Shown here: one piece after another, positions 18,321 through 27,245 of the stretch | Layout of the letters: each line of letters begins with the position of its first letter | Position numbering within the stretch: position 1 is the first letter of the stretch | Source: an uncultured delta proteobacterium | GTDB taxonomy: Bacteria > Desulfobacterota > Binatia > Binatales > Binataceae | Reading direction: 5' to 3' | DNA: 64,000 bases | Assembly: GCA_963805315.1 (NCBI GenBank) | Contig: CAWDTQ010000010.1 | Span: 84,114-148,113 of the forward strand | The notes under the pieces: model-generated | What the model saw: the letters and a program-made list of their open reading frames with translations, nothing else | The model's database searches: none | Told to the model about the DNA's origin: nothing | Made by a program: the position numbers and the translations under genes

Positions 18321-18983
18321 ATGACCATCAAAGAGCGAATCGGGTTTGTGACCCTGACTCTCGCCGCCGCATTCGTCGGAGGCGCTGTGTCCGGCCATAT
18401 TTTCGCCGCCCGCGCCGTCGACGCTGCCGCCGCCCCTAGGATGATCACCGCGCAGAAGTTCATGCTCGTTGACTCCCGCGGCAAGACCCGCGGCGAGTTC
18501 AACGTCACCCGCAAAGGCGTCGCGCAAATCGCCGTCTTCGATGGAACCGGGACCTTGCGCGCCGGACTCGGCGTCGGCGCCGACGGCGCCCCCGCTCTCG
18601 GTATCTACGGCCGCGACGGCAAGCCGCGCGCCGAGGTCGGACTCACCCGCAGCGTCGCCCGCGTCGTGCTGTTCGACGCGAACGCCAATCCGCAAGCCAT
18701 GCTCGGCGTCGCTCCCGACGGCCAGAGCGGCATCGGCCTGATGGACACAAAAGGCAATCCGCGCGCCTCGATCATCGTGCAGCCCGACGGTACTCCCACG
18801 CTGCGCCTAGCCGACGAGCATCGCGGCCGCATCGGCATGGATATGACGCCCGACGGACGGCCCGGCCTCGCACTGCTCGGCAACGACGGCAAGACCCGCG
18901 CCTCGCTCACCCTCAATACCGACGGCGCGGGCGCGCTGACGTTGTTCGACGCCGGCGGCAACCCGGTCAACTCCGTCCCCTGA
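18321..18983 (+). CDS. Exported/membrane-anchored protein with ~22-aa beta-strand repeats (hypothetical)
   Basis: aaggag RBS before ATG 18321; N-terminal hydrophobic helix; repeats L.L.D..G..RA.L.V..DG.P. Confidence 0.75.
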   Translation: MTIKERIGFVTLTLAAAFVGGAVSGHIFAARAVDAAAAPRMITAQKFMLVDSRGKTRGEFNVTRKGVAQIAVFDGTGTLRAGLGVGADGAPALGIYGRDGKPRAEVGLTRSVARVVLFDANANPQAMLGVAPDGQSGIGLMDTKGNPRASIIVQPDGTPTLRLADEHRGRIGMDMTPDGRPGLALLGNDGKTRASLTLNTDGAGALTLFDAGGNPVNSVP

Positions 18984-18996
18984 TCGACGCTTCACA

Positions 18997-19024
18997 GGGC
19001 GGCCCGCATCGGCCGCCCTTTTTT
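18997..19024 (+). terminator. Rho-independent terminator
   Basis: gggcggcc-cgcatc-ggccgccc followed by tttttt. Confidence 0.85.
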
Positions 19025-19081
19025 CTCAGCGCAGCGAGTAACTAAGTTGTTGGATTACTAAAAAGAGTGGAAAAAGAACCA

Positions 19082-19576
19082 ATGCCACGACGCTCTTCCG
19101 CTCCACTCGTCCGCGTCCTGTTGATCGCCGCGCTTTCGGCCGCGCTCTTTGGATGCGGTTCGATCAAGCAATCAGTCGAGCCCCAGCCGCCGACGCCCCA
19201 GCAGCAGGCCGAGCAGCTCGAGCCGATGCTTTCTGCGGCCGGCTTCCGAATGCTTCCCGCGGACACTCCCGAGCGCCAGACCCAACTGCAGTCTCTGGTA
19301 CCGCTCCAGGTCAATTACTATGTCGGCAAGACCGGCAACCTGCACTACTACATGGCCGATCCTGACTACTGTAAGTGTATGTACATCGGCAGCGAGCAGG
19401 ACTATCAGCAGTTCGAGAAGTTGAAGCTCAACCAACAGTACCAGGCAAAGGAAGGCGAGATTTCACGCGAGAACCTGGAAGCCCAGCAGATGGAAGAGAT
19501 GCAGTTCCAGGAAGAGGCCTTCAATCCTTACGGCCTGGGCCTCGTCGGCCCGATGGGCCCTGCGATGTACTGGTGA
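19082..19576 (+). CDS. Putative lipoprotein
   Basis: Basic N-terminus, hydrophobic stretch, lipobox LFGC; ORF open from 19067. Confidence 0.7.
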   Translation: MPRRSSAPLVRVLLIAALSAALFGCGSIKQSVEPQPPTPQQQAEQLEPMLSAAGFRMLPADTPERQTQLQSLVPLQVNYYVGKTGNLHYYMADPDYCKCMYIGSEQDYQQFEKLKLNQQYQAKEGEISRENLEAQQMEEMQFQEEAFNPYGLGLVGPMGPAMYW

Positions 19577-19641
19577 CCACGACAACCACCGCCGTCCTCT
19601 CAGATTGATCTCGCAGCCGATTTCAACTTTCCTGAATCACA

Positions 19642-20457
19642 ATGCACTTTGACGCTTTCGTCGAGCGATGCCGCGCGCAATGGCCCGAGTTTGCCGACTC
19701 TCGCCGCCTCGCCCGCTCGACTCATCCCGCCGACCGCTCGCTCTCGCACATCCTCGACGAGATCCCCGCGATGGCCACCGAGAACAAGCTCCGCCTCCTC
19801 AATTGCGCGGTCGCGTCGCTCGACGCCGCCGGCGGCGAAGTTTACGTCGAAGTGGGATGCTACAAAGGTGCTTCTCTGGTCGGCGCCGCGGCCTCCAACC
19901 CGCGCGCACGCATCTTCGCATGCGACAATTTCTCGCAGTTCGACGGCGCCGCCGACGCGCTCCGCCGCACCCTCGACGCGCACACCGCGCCCGGCCAGGT
20001 CATCTTCCACGACCGCGACTTCCGCGACTTCCTCGCCGCCGCGCCATGGCGTCCCGCGCGCATCGGCGCCTACTTCTACGACGGCGGCCACTCCTTTGCC
20101 GATCAGTATGACGGCGTCGCACTCGCAATCCCTCACCTCGCCGACGACGCCCTCGTCATCATCGACGACACCAACAAACGCGCCGCGCGCTCCGCCAACC
20201 GCCTCGTCGCGCGCGCCGTCCCCGGCTTCGAGCTCGTCCTCGACTTGCGAACGCCGCGCAACCACTCTCCCACATGGTGGAACGGCGTGCAGGTCTTCCG
20301 CTATCGACGCCACCCGAACGACGCCGCGATTCGATTCCCCAACTCGGGCTTCGCGCTAAGAAAACTAATTTACGACGATATCTTCCTGAAAATGAAACAC
20401 AGCCGCCGAGCCCGCCGAGCACTCCGCAAATCGATCAAGCAGCGCACCAAGGCCTGA
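19642..20457 (+). CDS. Class I SAM-dependent methyltransferase (Methyltransf_24-like)
   Basis: YVEVGCYKGASL, FACDNF, YFYDGGH, VIIDD motifs. Confidence 0.8.
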   Translation: MHFDAFVERCRAQWPEFADSRRLARSTHPADRSLSHILDEIPAMATENKLRLLNCAVASLDAAGGEVYVEVGCYKGASLVGAAASNPRARIFACDNFSQFDGAADALRRTLDAHTAPGQVIFHDRDFRDFLAAAPWRPARIGAYFYDGGHSFADQYDGVALAIPHLADDALVIIDDTNKRAARSANRLVARAVPGFELVLDLRTPRNHSPTWWNGVQVFRYRRHPNDAAIRFPNSGFALRKLIYDDIFLKMKHSRRARRALRKSIKQRTKA

Positions 20458-20528
20458 CCTGTCTTGCGATTAAGCAGATGGCGACAAAAGTCGCCATCCG
20501 CGCGCAGCCCCCAACCCAACTTCGAACA

Positions 20529-20612
20529 GGGGCGAAGCCCCGCATCTTTCCTAACACTGGGTGCAGGGGTCACCCCTGCCGAAGGAAGCGTGAAACCCAC
20601 CGCGGGTTTCAC
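20529..20612 (+). repeat. Family-1 REP-like element, copy C
   Basis: Same three hairpins; ends 2 bp from the portal stop codon. Confidence 0.9.
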
Positions 20613-20614
20613 AT

Positions 20615-21987
20615 CTAATTAAGTTCCCCCGTCTCCTTGATCGCCCCGAGCACCGCCTCCCCCTCCCCCGCCTGCGCAATCCCCAACCTGTCGAGTATCG
20701 TCTTCTGACCGACTCTCAATCCCCTGTCCGCCAGCATCGCGACGATTTCCGCAAAGACCTTGGCATCGCTGTCGTCCGGCAAACCCAGCTCTATCTTCGG
20801 ATACTGGCGCTGCGGTCCCATGTTCAGCTCGACGATCGGCCGCACGAGATCGCGTGCGAGCGTCGCCGCCAGCCGTCGCGCATCGGCGCTCAAAATGTCC
20901 CGCCGCACTGCGTCATGCACCTGCGCCGCCGCTCGCGAGCCTCCCGAACTCGGCATCTCGGTAGTCAATGTCTGCCCGAGCACTGCCTTACTCACTTGCG
21001 CGTCTAGGTATTGGCAAAAACTCTGATACAACTCCGAGCTGCCATTCTGATGCGCCTCAGTGAACTCTATTACCATCGACTCCGGCATTATCGCCGCCGC
21101 GTCAGTGCCTATTCGCGATACCGCATTGAGTAATGCCTGCTTGTCCTGTTCCGACGCCCCCGGATGGTATTTGCCTACTCTCAATGGCTGCCCGAATACC
21201 TCGGTGAACGTTACCCAGTCCTTTAGTACGTAGTTCTTGAACAGGTATGCCCACCCGGCCGCGCGCGCCAGCCCGCCTCTTATCGGCAGACCGGCTTTCG
21301 CCTTGGCGATATGCGTGATGAACTTGAAGGGCGCGAGCGGCGCAGTCATCGGCTGTATTCCGATTCCGCGTCCATTGACGAATAGATCCCTTCTCCGCCA
21401 AAATGCGTCGGCTGTTGCGCGTGCGCATCGCCTGCGACCGGAATCGCCTCGCTTTTCAGCGTGCGCACCAGCATCTCCTCGCCCGAGATCCAGTCGAACG
21501 CGAACCAGCGCGGGTCGCGCCACTTCAATTGTGCGGGAAACCATTCTCGCCCAGAGGTATCCCACATTATCTCGGTCGCCGAAAATCCTTTGCCCACCGC
21601 GTCGAGCACGTCGAACAGCACGCTGTCGAGCTGCATCGGTCCCTCGCAGATCATCTCGCGCACCATAGCCGCCGCCCGTTGATCATCGGCGCCGCCCGAC
21701 GCCGCCCGCACCACGATCTCCAGTTGCGCGACCGCGTTCTTGCGAGTGCTGAGCACGGCCAGGTAATGGAGATCCTTTTCTTCAATTTCCTCGGCCAGCT
21801 CGAGATACAGATATGGGTCTCCGAACTCGGCCTGCCGGAGTATTCCCGACAGCCGTTCCGGCGTGAGCCCGATCGACGGATGCATCACCGAATATATATT
21901 TCGCACGCCGGCCATCGTCGGCGCAGCCTGCTCCTCGCGCAACATCCCTGTATCAACTTCGCGTCCGTATGCGTCATAGAGTGTCAT
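20615..21987 (-). CDS. Mu gp29-like portal protein (DUF935); frameshift ~21400
   Basis: LELAEEIEEKDLHY..VLSTRK.AV, RDPRWFAFD, LAPFKFITH, FTEVFGQPLRVGKY, ISKAVLGQTLTT-like, AQVHDAVRRDI motifs across two ORFs. Confidence 0.85.
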
Positions 21988-22004
21988 TGTATCTCTCCAG
22001 AGGA

Positions 22005-22154
22005 CTAGTCAGTTGTATGTTCTTTGGACGCCGCTTCGCCGATTTTCAAAAACCATTCGCCGCCGCACCGATGGCACGCGCCGGGAAGTCGAATAAGCGC
22101 GAGTATAAACTCATACCCACACTCCTCGCATTTCCATCTCCAGTAGCTATTCAT
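22005..22154 (-). CDS. Small CxxC-CxxC zinc-ribbon protein (49 aa)
   Basis: MNSYWRWKCEECGYEF...GACHRCGGEWF..., between terminase and portal. Confidence 0.55.
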   Translation of the reverse strand: MNSYWRWKCEECGYEFILALIRLPGACHRCGGEWFLKIGEAASKEHTTD

Positions 22155-22208
22155 CTGACTACAGCTGAGTGCATAGCGTGAACGCCACACATTCTCCGCG
22201 ATTGTGAA

Positions 22209-22239
22209 CCTTCCCTGAGGGAAGGGGTTAAAGGTTAGG
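22209..22239. repeat. Family-2 palindromic repeat right after the terminase stop
   Basis: ccttccctgagggaaggggttaaaggttagg, a variant of 4676-4709. Confidence 0.75.
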
Positions 22240-22242
22240 TTC

Positions 22243-23766
22243 CTAAAACCCACGAAGCCGCCCTCCAATGCTTTCGTCTTCCACCGGCGCCGCCCCAAAA
22301 GGATTCCCCAGCCCCTCGAAACCTTCCCGCTTACCGCGCTTGCGTGCCGCGATGTACGCGATCTGGCCCGCGTCCGCGCGCGACGCGAAGAACGCGAGCG
22401 CCGCCGCCATCGCCGCGTCGCCATGCCGTCCCTTGCCGTCGCTCCCCGCGCGCCGCTCGGAAATCTTCGCCACGCCACCCTCGAGCACGAACGCGCGATG
22501 GTCCGCGAGCACGTCGGCGTCCTTCGGAATTTCGATCGTGCCGTCCTCGAACGCCGCCTTATAGCGCGGCATATTTTCGCGATACCACGACTCCGACAGC
22601 ATCACCTGCACGATTCGCGCGCCGTAGCGCTGCGCCGCCGTCTCGGCCAGGTATTGTCCGTTGCCGCGCGCATCCATCGCGCCCGCGGTAAATCGCGGCA
22701 ACCGATCGGCGATATAGAAAAGCACCTGCTCCTGGTTGCGAAACGGGATATTGCGCAGCTCGACGACGAACGGCGTCCGTCGCGTCAGGTTCGGCGCGAT
22801 CTGCAGCGGCCAGATGACAGTCAGGTCTCCCGACCGTCCGAAATCTTCGCCGAAAAAACTTGTTAGCGACGCGTCGAGCGTCGCCAGCACCGGCCCGACA
22901 TTGTCCTCGCACCACGCCTGCGTCTCCGAGTAACGTTGCGCTTCCGGACGGCCCGAAAATTCCGCCGGCATTTCCCATCGCAGGATCGGGATACCCGCTT
23001 TCATCCGCGCCTCGATCAGCACCGAGCTCAGGTACGCGCCCGACGACGCGCGCGGGACACAGAACAACTCTTCGCCGACGTTGTCGCCGTAGTAATCGAC
23101 GATCTGCTGGCGCCACTCGCGCTGCTTGTCCTCGCTCCACTCGACTTCGCTCTGCTCGCAGATTTTTCTGTATAGTCCGTCCGCCAATGCGTCGTCGAAA
23201 GTAGTACGATGAAGTGAGTATGGGCGCCGGCCCGCGCGAATCTCACTGATTAGTTCATTGAAAGCATTGTTGGCGCCGTTGTGAGTACTAATTATCCGCA
23301 CCAGTCCGCCCCACATGGTAAACGCGAGCGCGGCTTTCAGCAGGCCCGGCAAGTCTTCATGGAACGCGGCTTCGTCGATAACCGCGCAGCCGTCCTTGCC
23401 GCGCAGATTCGAAGGGCGCGACGAAAGCGCTACGATTTTGTGTCCTGACGCGAAGCGGATTCGGTAGGCGAGGATATCGGCGCGCTCGTCCGCCAGCACG
23501 ATTTCCTCGACCGCCTCCGCCGCGCGGTTGAACTTCACGGCCCAGCGCGCCGCCGCCTCGACGAACTCCAGCGCCATGTCCTTGTTGTAGCCGATATACC
23601 AGCCGTCGATTCCGGCGCGCCCAGTCGTAGCCGCGCCCAACGCGCGATCGGCAGCCTCGGTCCAGGTGATGCCTATGCGCCGCGATTTCTCGCTGACCTT
23701 GACCTGCGACTGATCGGCCAGCCATCGCCGCTGATAGGGAAGTAGTATTGAGAGCGGTTCACTCAT
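22243..23766 (-). CDS. Mu gp28-like terminase large subunit
   Basis: LLPYQRRW, EKSRRIGITW (Walker A-like), AVIDEAAF (Walker B), IISTHNG, GEDFGRSGDLTV, MDARGNGQYLAE, GRHGDAAMA. Confidence 0.9.
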   Translation of the reverse strand: MSEPLSILLPYQRRWLADQSQVKVSEKSRRIGITWTEAADRALGAATTGRAGIDGWYIGYNKDMALEFVEAAARWAVKFNRAAEAVEEIVLADERADILAYRIRFASGHKIVALSSRPSNLRGKDGCAVIDEAAFHEDLPGLLKAALAFTMWGGLVRIISTHNGANNAFNELISEIRAGRRPYSLHRTTFDDALADGLYRKICEQSEVEWSEDKQREWRQQIVDYYGDNVGEELFCVPRASSGAYLSSVLIEARMKAGIPILRWEMPAEFSGRPEAQRYSETQAWCEDNVGPVLATLDASLTSFFGEDFGRSGDLTVIWPLQIAPNLTRRTPFVVELRNIPFRNQEQVLFYIADRLPRFTAGAMDARGNGQYLAETAAQRYGARIVQVMLSESWYRENMPRYKAAFEDGTIEIPKDADVLADHRAFVLEGGVAKISERRAGSDGKGRHGDAAMAAALAFFASRADAGQIAYIAARKRGKREGFEGLGNPFGAAPVEDESIGGRLRGF

Positions 23767-23827
23767 TAGTTAGTAGCTATTCCAGTACGATTAGCTACCC
23801 TTCGGATCGAGGGTTCTCCTGCATCTT

Positions 23828-23848
23828 CCTCTCCCTGTTAGGGAGAGG
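23828..23848. repeat. Family-2 hairpin cctctccctgttagggagagg
   Basis: Same core at 25668, 25955 and 26270. Confidence 0.8.
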
Positions 23849-24021
23849 ACAACCTGAGTCAGTTCGAGCGGTCGCGGTGAGTGAGTGCCAGTCAGCGCAA
23901 ATACTGCCTCTCGACTCGCACGACGACGAATCTGCGTCGCGATGACCTCTCCTTGCGCGCTCCTTCGACCGCGTCGACCTGCTCGGCCAAGGGAGGTGTC
24001 AGAAGTCTTCGATGAGCTCTC

Positions 24022-24658
24022 CTAAATCTCCAGCAGCACTGCCTTGATCTGCTCCGCCGCGTTCTTGCTCAGGCCCTTCGCCTGCGCCTCGTCGATCTTC
24101 TTCTCCGCCGCCGCTACTCCCGCGCGCGCCCTGTCTGCCCACTTCCGATGCTCCGTTTCTGCCCTCGCCAGTCCCGACACGCTGCGCGCCAGCGCCGTGA
24201 TATTCACCGGCGCGATCGTCGTCTCCTCTCCATTCGCGCCTTCCGTCGTTCTTCTCGTTCGCCGCCACCAGCACTTCGAACAACCGCGTCTGCACCATCC
24301 TCATCAGCGCGCTCTGCATCTGCTCGTCATCGCCTTTGAATTGCTCGCAAACGATTCGCGCCTGCTCCGTCGCCATCTGGATCGCGTCGAGCCGCCGCTC
24401 GAACTTCTGCCCATACTTGTGAATCGCCGCGTGCGAAATCTCGAAACCATTGTCCCCCAGCCACTTCGACAATTGCCGGCAGCTATGCATCGTCCCTCGC
24501 TAAGCATCTGGTCGAGCTGCTCTTTCAAATCCGGCGGCAGCTTTTTTATCTTCCACGTCTTGAACGGAATCGGATCGATCGGCACGCGTCTGGGATGTTT
24601 CCCGCTTCCGCTTCTCCTGAAGGGAGAGGGGCTTCGCGGCCTGGTTTTTCTTCTTCAT
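24022..24658 (-). CDS. Mu gp27-like (DUF3486) putative terminase small subunit; about three frameshifts
   Basis: Fragments KIKKLPPDLKEQLDQML / LSKWLGDNGFEISHAAIHKYGQKFERRL / LARSVSGLARAE...GLSKNAAEQIKAVLLEI; position just before terL. Confidence 0.7.
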
Positions 24659-24666
24659 CGCGCCGC

Positions 24667-24981
24667 TCACCAGTACTTGCGCGGGCGCGCTACTCCCGCC
24701 GGCGACGGGAAGTTGTATTCGACGACGTCGACGCCGCTGGCCGTCAGCTTCGCGAACCAGGTTTCCGTGCCCTCGCCTTCGAGTTCGAGCAGGCCGAGGT
24801 CGCGCAGGTAGGCGAGTTCGCGGCGGACAGTGTTGAGCGACAGCGCGAGCTTGATATCGGCGAGCACCCGCCAGATTATCTGCTCGGAGACCGCTATCGG
24901 CCGTCCGGCATCGACCACGCGCAGCATCCGCCACCGCGCTTCCTCGCGATTTTTTTGTTCGAGATCAATTCCGTCCGGCAT
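24667..24981 (-). CDS. Mu gp26-like winged-helix protein
   Basis: REEARWRMLRVV...RRELAYLRDLGLL...LTASGVDVVEY...GVARP pattern; position before gp27. Confidence 0.7.
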   Translation of the reverse strand: MPDGIDLEQKNREEARWRMLRVVDAGRPIAVSEQIIWRVLADIKLALSLNTVRRELAYLRDLGLLELEGEGTETWFAKLTASGVDVVEYNFPSPAGVARPRKYW

Positions 24982-25267
24982 AAAGCCTTTCCTTTACCTC
25001 ACCGATTTCTTCACGCATCTCTTCGCGCATCGCGTCCAATTTTGCGTCCAACGTCCCGCTGAACCTGATCCAGTCCTCGCGCCGCACGTATTCCAGCGGC
25101 AGCGACGCGCGCAGCTCGAACAGCAACCGCTCGACCTCCTGCCATCGTTCGGAATCGCGCTGAGAGGCCGTGCGATGACGGTCGAGCATCGATCGCACGG
25201 TCGCGATATTGATTCCCGCGAGCGTCACCAGCACCAGCAGGAAGGTCGCAATCGCGTCCCAGCTCAT
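24965..25267 (-). CDS. Mu gp25-like membrane-anchored coiled-coil protein
   Basis: N-terminal TM, LPLEYVRREDW...LDAKLD motif; start overlaps the upstream stop. Confidence 0.65.
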   Translation of the reverse strand: MSWDAIATFLLVLVTLAGINIATVRSMLDRHRTASQRDSERWQEVERLLFELRASLPLEYVRREDWIRFSGTLDAKLDAMREEMREEIGEVKERLYAGRN

Positions 25268-25545
25268 TGCTCGCCTCCGTCGCGATCGCTGCGCATCAGT
25301 TTCTCCATCTCGCGCGGCTCGGGCTCGGTCGATTTCTTCAGCATCACGGCGCCCGCCATCGCCAGCAGCACGATCCCCAGACCCTTGCCGTACGCGTCCG
25401 CGTCGGCGGGCTCGAAGCGGCGGACCTGCCAGACCTGGACGCACCAGAACGCGATATATGCGATCGCGCCGACGACCCCGACGACCCGCGCCGCGTCGAA
25501 GGTAAGATTGTCCTTGCCGGTCAGAATGTCGGTGAACAGCTTCAT
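25264..25545 (-). CDS. Putative holin (2 TM)
   Basis: ILTGKDNLTFDAARV, two hydrophobic helices, charged tail KKSTEP; lies in the lysis cluster. Confidence 0.55.
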   Translation of the reverse strand: MKLFTDILTGKDNLTFDAARVVGVVGAIAYIAFWCVQVWQVRRFEPADADAYGKGLGIVLLAMAGAVMLKKSTEPEPREMEKLMRSDRDGGEQ

Positions 25546-25628
25546 GATTTGAACAGGAAGTATCCCCAGACGATGCCGAAAATGCATAGTGCAATAGGTA
25601 TTGCTGAAATAGTAAGTGAGTACGTCAT
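25542..25628 (-). CDS. 28-aa single-TM peptide translationally coupled to the putative holin
   Basis: MTYSLTISAIPIALCIFGIVWGYFLFKS; its TGA overlaps the holin ATG (ATGA). Confidence 0.45.
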   Translation of the reverse strand: MTYSLTISAIPIALCIFGIVWGYFLFKS

Positions 25629-25667
25629 TTGATTAGCCTGTTGAGCGTTTGTGTGAGTATGTAATAG

Positions 25668-25975
25668 CCTCTCCCTGTCAGGGAGAGGCCGCGCCTCCGG
25701 CGCGGGTGAGGGTCCAATTACAAGATGACCTTCCGCGCGCACACGAATTCACCTACCACGGGAGTAAACCGCGCAGCTTACTGAGTAATGCGCCCGCAAA
25801 TGTCGGCGCGCTTGTAGTTGCGCCTTGAGGTCCCGCTGCTTTTTGTGTCATCCCGAGCGGAGTCTGCGGAGCGGCAGAGGCACTGGGCAAGCTTGCTTGA
25901 CGACACGCAAGAAGTCATCCGAAATTTGGACCCTCACCCGCGCCGGAGGCGCGGCCTCTCCCTGATAGGGAGAGG
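25668..25975. repeat. 48-bp inverted repeats (25668-25715 / 25928-25975) around a ~212-bp core; MITE/BIME-like
   Basis: cctctccctgtcagggagaggccgcgcctccggcgcgggtgagggtcc and its reverse complement, one mismatch. Confidence 0.85.
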
Positions 25976-26485
25976 CAATCGCAGCGGCGGCGCCGCGCAT
26001 CCTTTGAGGATCGCGTCGCGCTCCTCGACCGCGCTCTTCAGCACGTCCACCGTCGCGGCGTACGATCTAATCGTGTCCGCCGGCGCGGAGTCCGGAGTCA
26101 GCATCGCGATCGCCAACGGCGGTTGCTGCAACGCGGGCACATCGCAGTAGATCGGAGTGGCGACGGGAATCTTAACCATCACCGGCCGCGGCGCCGGCTC
26201 CGCCTGCGCCGCGCATCCTGCGAGGGCTAGCGCCAGAATGTAAGTGAGCGAACGCCGCTCCTTCTGTCCCCTCTCCCTGTTAGGGAGAGGATGAAGGTGA
26301 GGGTCCTTATACAGCGCGCTATTCTGCGCGCGATTCAGGATTCTGCCTTTCCTAACGCTGCGAGAGACGCAGAACCTAACCCCTAACCCCTTCCCGCGCG
26401 GGAAGGGGAACCGGACGCGCATTATACGCAACGCTCTCATGACGGCGAGAAAAGACAGACGGAGATCGGACAGAATCTTCACCAT
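25934..26485 (-). CDS. Putative outer-membrane spanin (Rz1-like lipoprotein) with in-frame palindromic insertions
   Basis: Lipobox LALAGC followed by Pro-rich VKIPVATPIYCDVP; ATG 26485 overlaps the i-spanin end; repeats at 26270-26306 and 26375-26408 lie inside the ORF. Confidence 0.5.
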   Translation of the reverse strand: MVKILSDLRLSFLAVMRALRIMRVRFPFPRGKGLGVRFCVSRSVRKGRILNRAQNSALYKDPHLHPLPNRERGQKERRSLTYILALALAGCAAQAEPAPRPVMVKIPVATPIYCDVPALQQPPLAIAMLTPDSAPADTIRSYAATVDVLKSAVEERDAILKGCAAPPLRLPLPIRERPRLRRG

Positions 26486-26880
26486 TGGCCTAGCTCCTGG
26501 GCCTGCTCGTTGCCCCATTTGATTGCGCCTGCGCAGTCTGCCGCGATCGGCGCGCTCTCGATCGCAGTCGCGCGGCGCGACTCTGTCGAGGCCGACGCAA
26601 CCGCTGCCGCCGCGACATTCGCCTGGCGCGTCTCGGCCGCCGCCGCCGCCTCGTCGGCCGCCGACTTCATCGCGGCGACGGCCTGGTTCTGCCGCGCGAC
26701 GGCCGCTTCGCACGCGGCCTCGGCGCTCTTCAGGTCGGCAACTTGCGCGGTCATCGTCGCAACTTGCGCGACGGCCGAGTTGCGCTCATGCACCAGCACG
26801 GCGCGGTAAACGAGCAGTCCCGCGAGCGCGAGCGCAATCGCGATCGGCTTCCAGTAAGTGAGCAACGCAATCGCCGGCAT
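26479..26880 (-). CDS. Putative inner-membrane spanin (Rz-like)
   Basis: N-terminal TM, long Ala-rich coiled coil, C-terminal Cys; follows the endolysin. Confidence 0.6.
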   Translation of the reverse strand: MPAIALLTYWKPIAIALALAGLLVYRAVLVHERNSAVAQVATMTAQVADLKSAEAACEAAVARQNQAVAAMKSAADEAAAAAETRQANVAAAAVASASTESRRATAIESAPIAADCAGAIKWGNEQAQELGQW

Positions 26881-26884
26881 CGCG

Positions 26885-27175
26885 TCAAACCTTCGGGGCG
26901 GCCGCGGCAGCCGCGGCGACAGCAGGCTGCGCCGCCGCGTGATGTCCGCTCACGGCGGCCGCCAGTTTTTCGGTCGCGGCGGCATGATGCTCGATCGCAA
27001 CGACCGCGGTGCTGGTGGCGACGGAGCTTTCGACCGTCGTCAGGCGCGCTTCGATTCCATGGATCGCCGCCTCGACATCGGCGACCAGCTTCTGTCCGAA
27101 CAGCGAGCCGAGGATAAAGCCGGCGAGGCCAACGATCGGATACGCACCGGCGGCCAATATTTCGAATACGCTCAT
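26885..27175 (-). CDS. Small TM plus coiled-coil protein of the lysis cluster
   Basis: Hydrophobic N-terminus GLAGFILGSLFG; Ala-rich tail. Confidence 0.55.
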   Translation of the reverse strand: MSVFEILAAGAYPIVGLAGFILGSLFGQKLVADVEAAIHGIEARLTTVESSVATSTAVVAIEHHAAATEKLAAAVSGHHAAAQPAVAAAAAAAPKV

Positions 27176-27245
27176 CTCGATTCACCTCTTCGAATATTTC
27201 GGGCAGTTTTTGCAGAAAGACATTTTGGAATTCGTTCGTCGAGTT

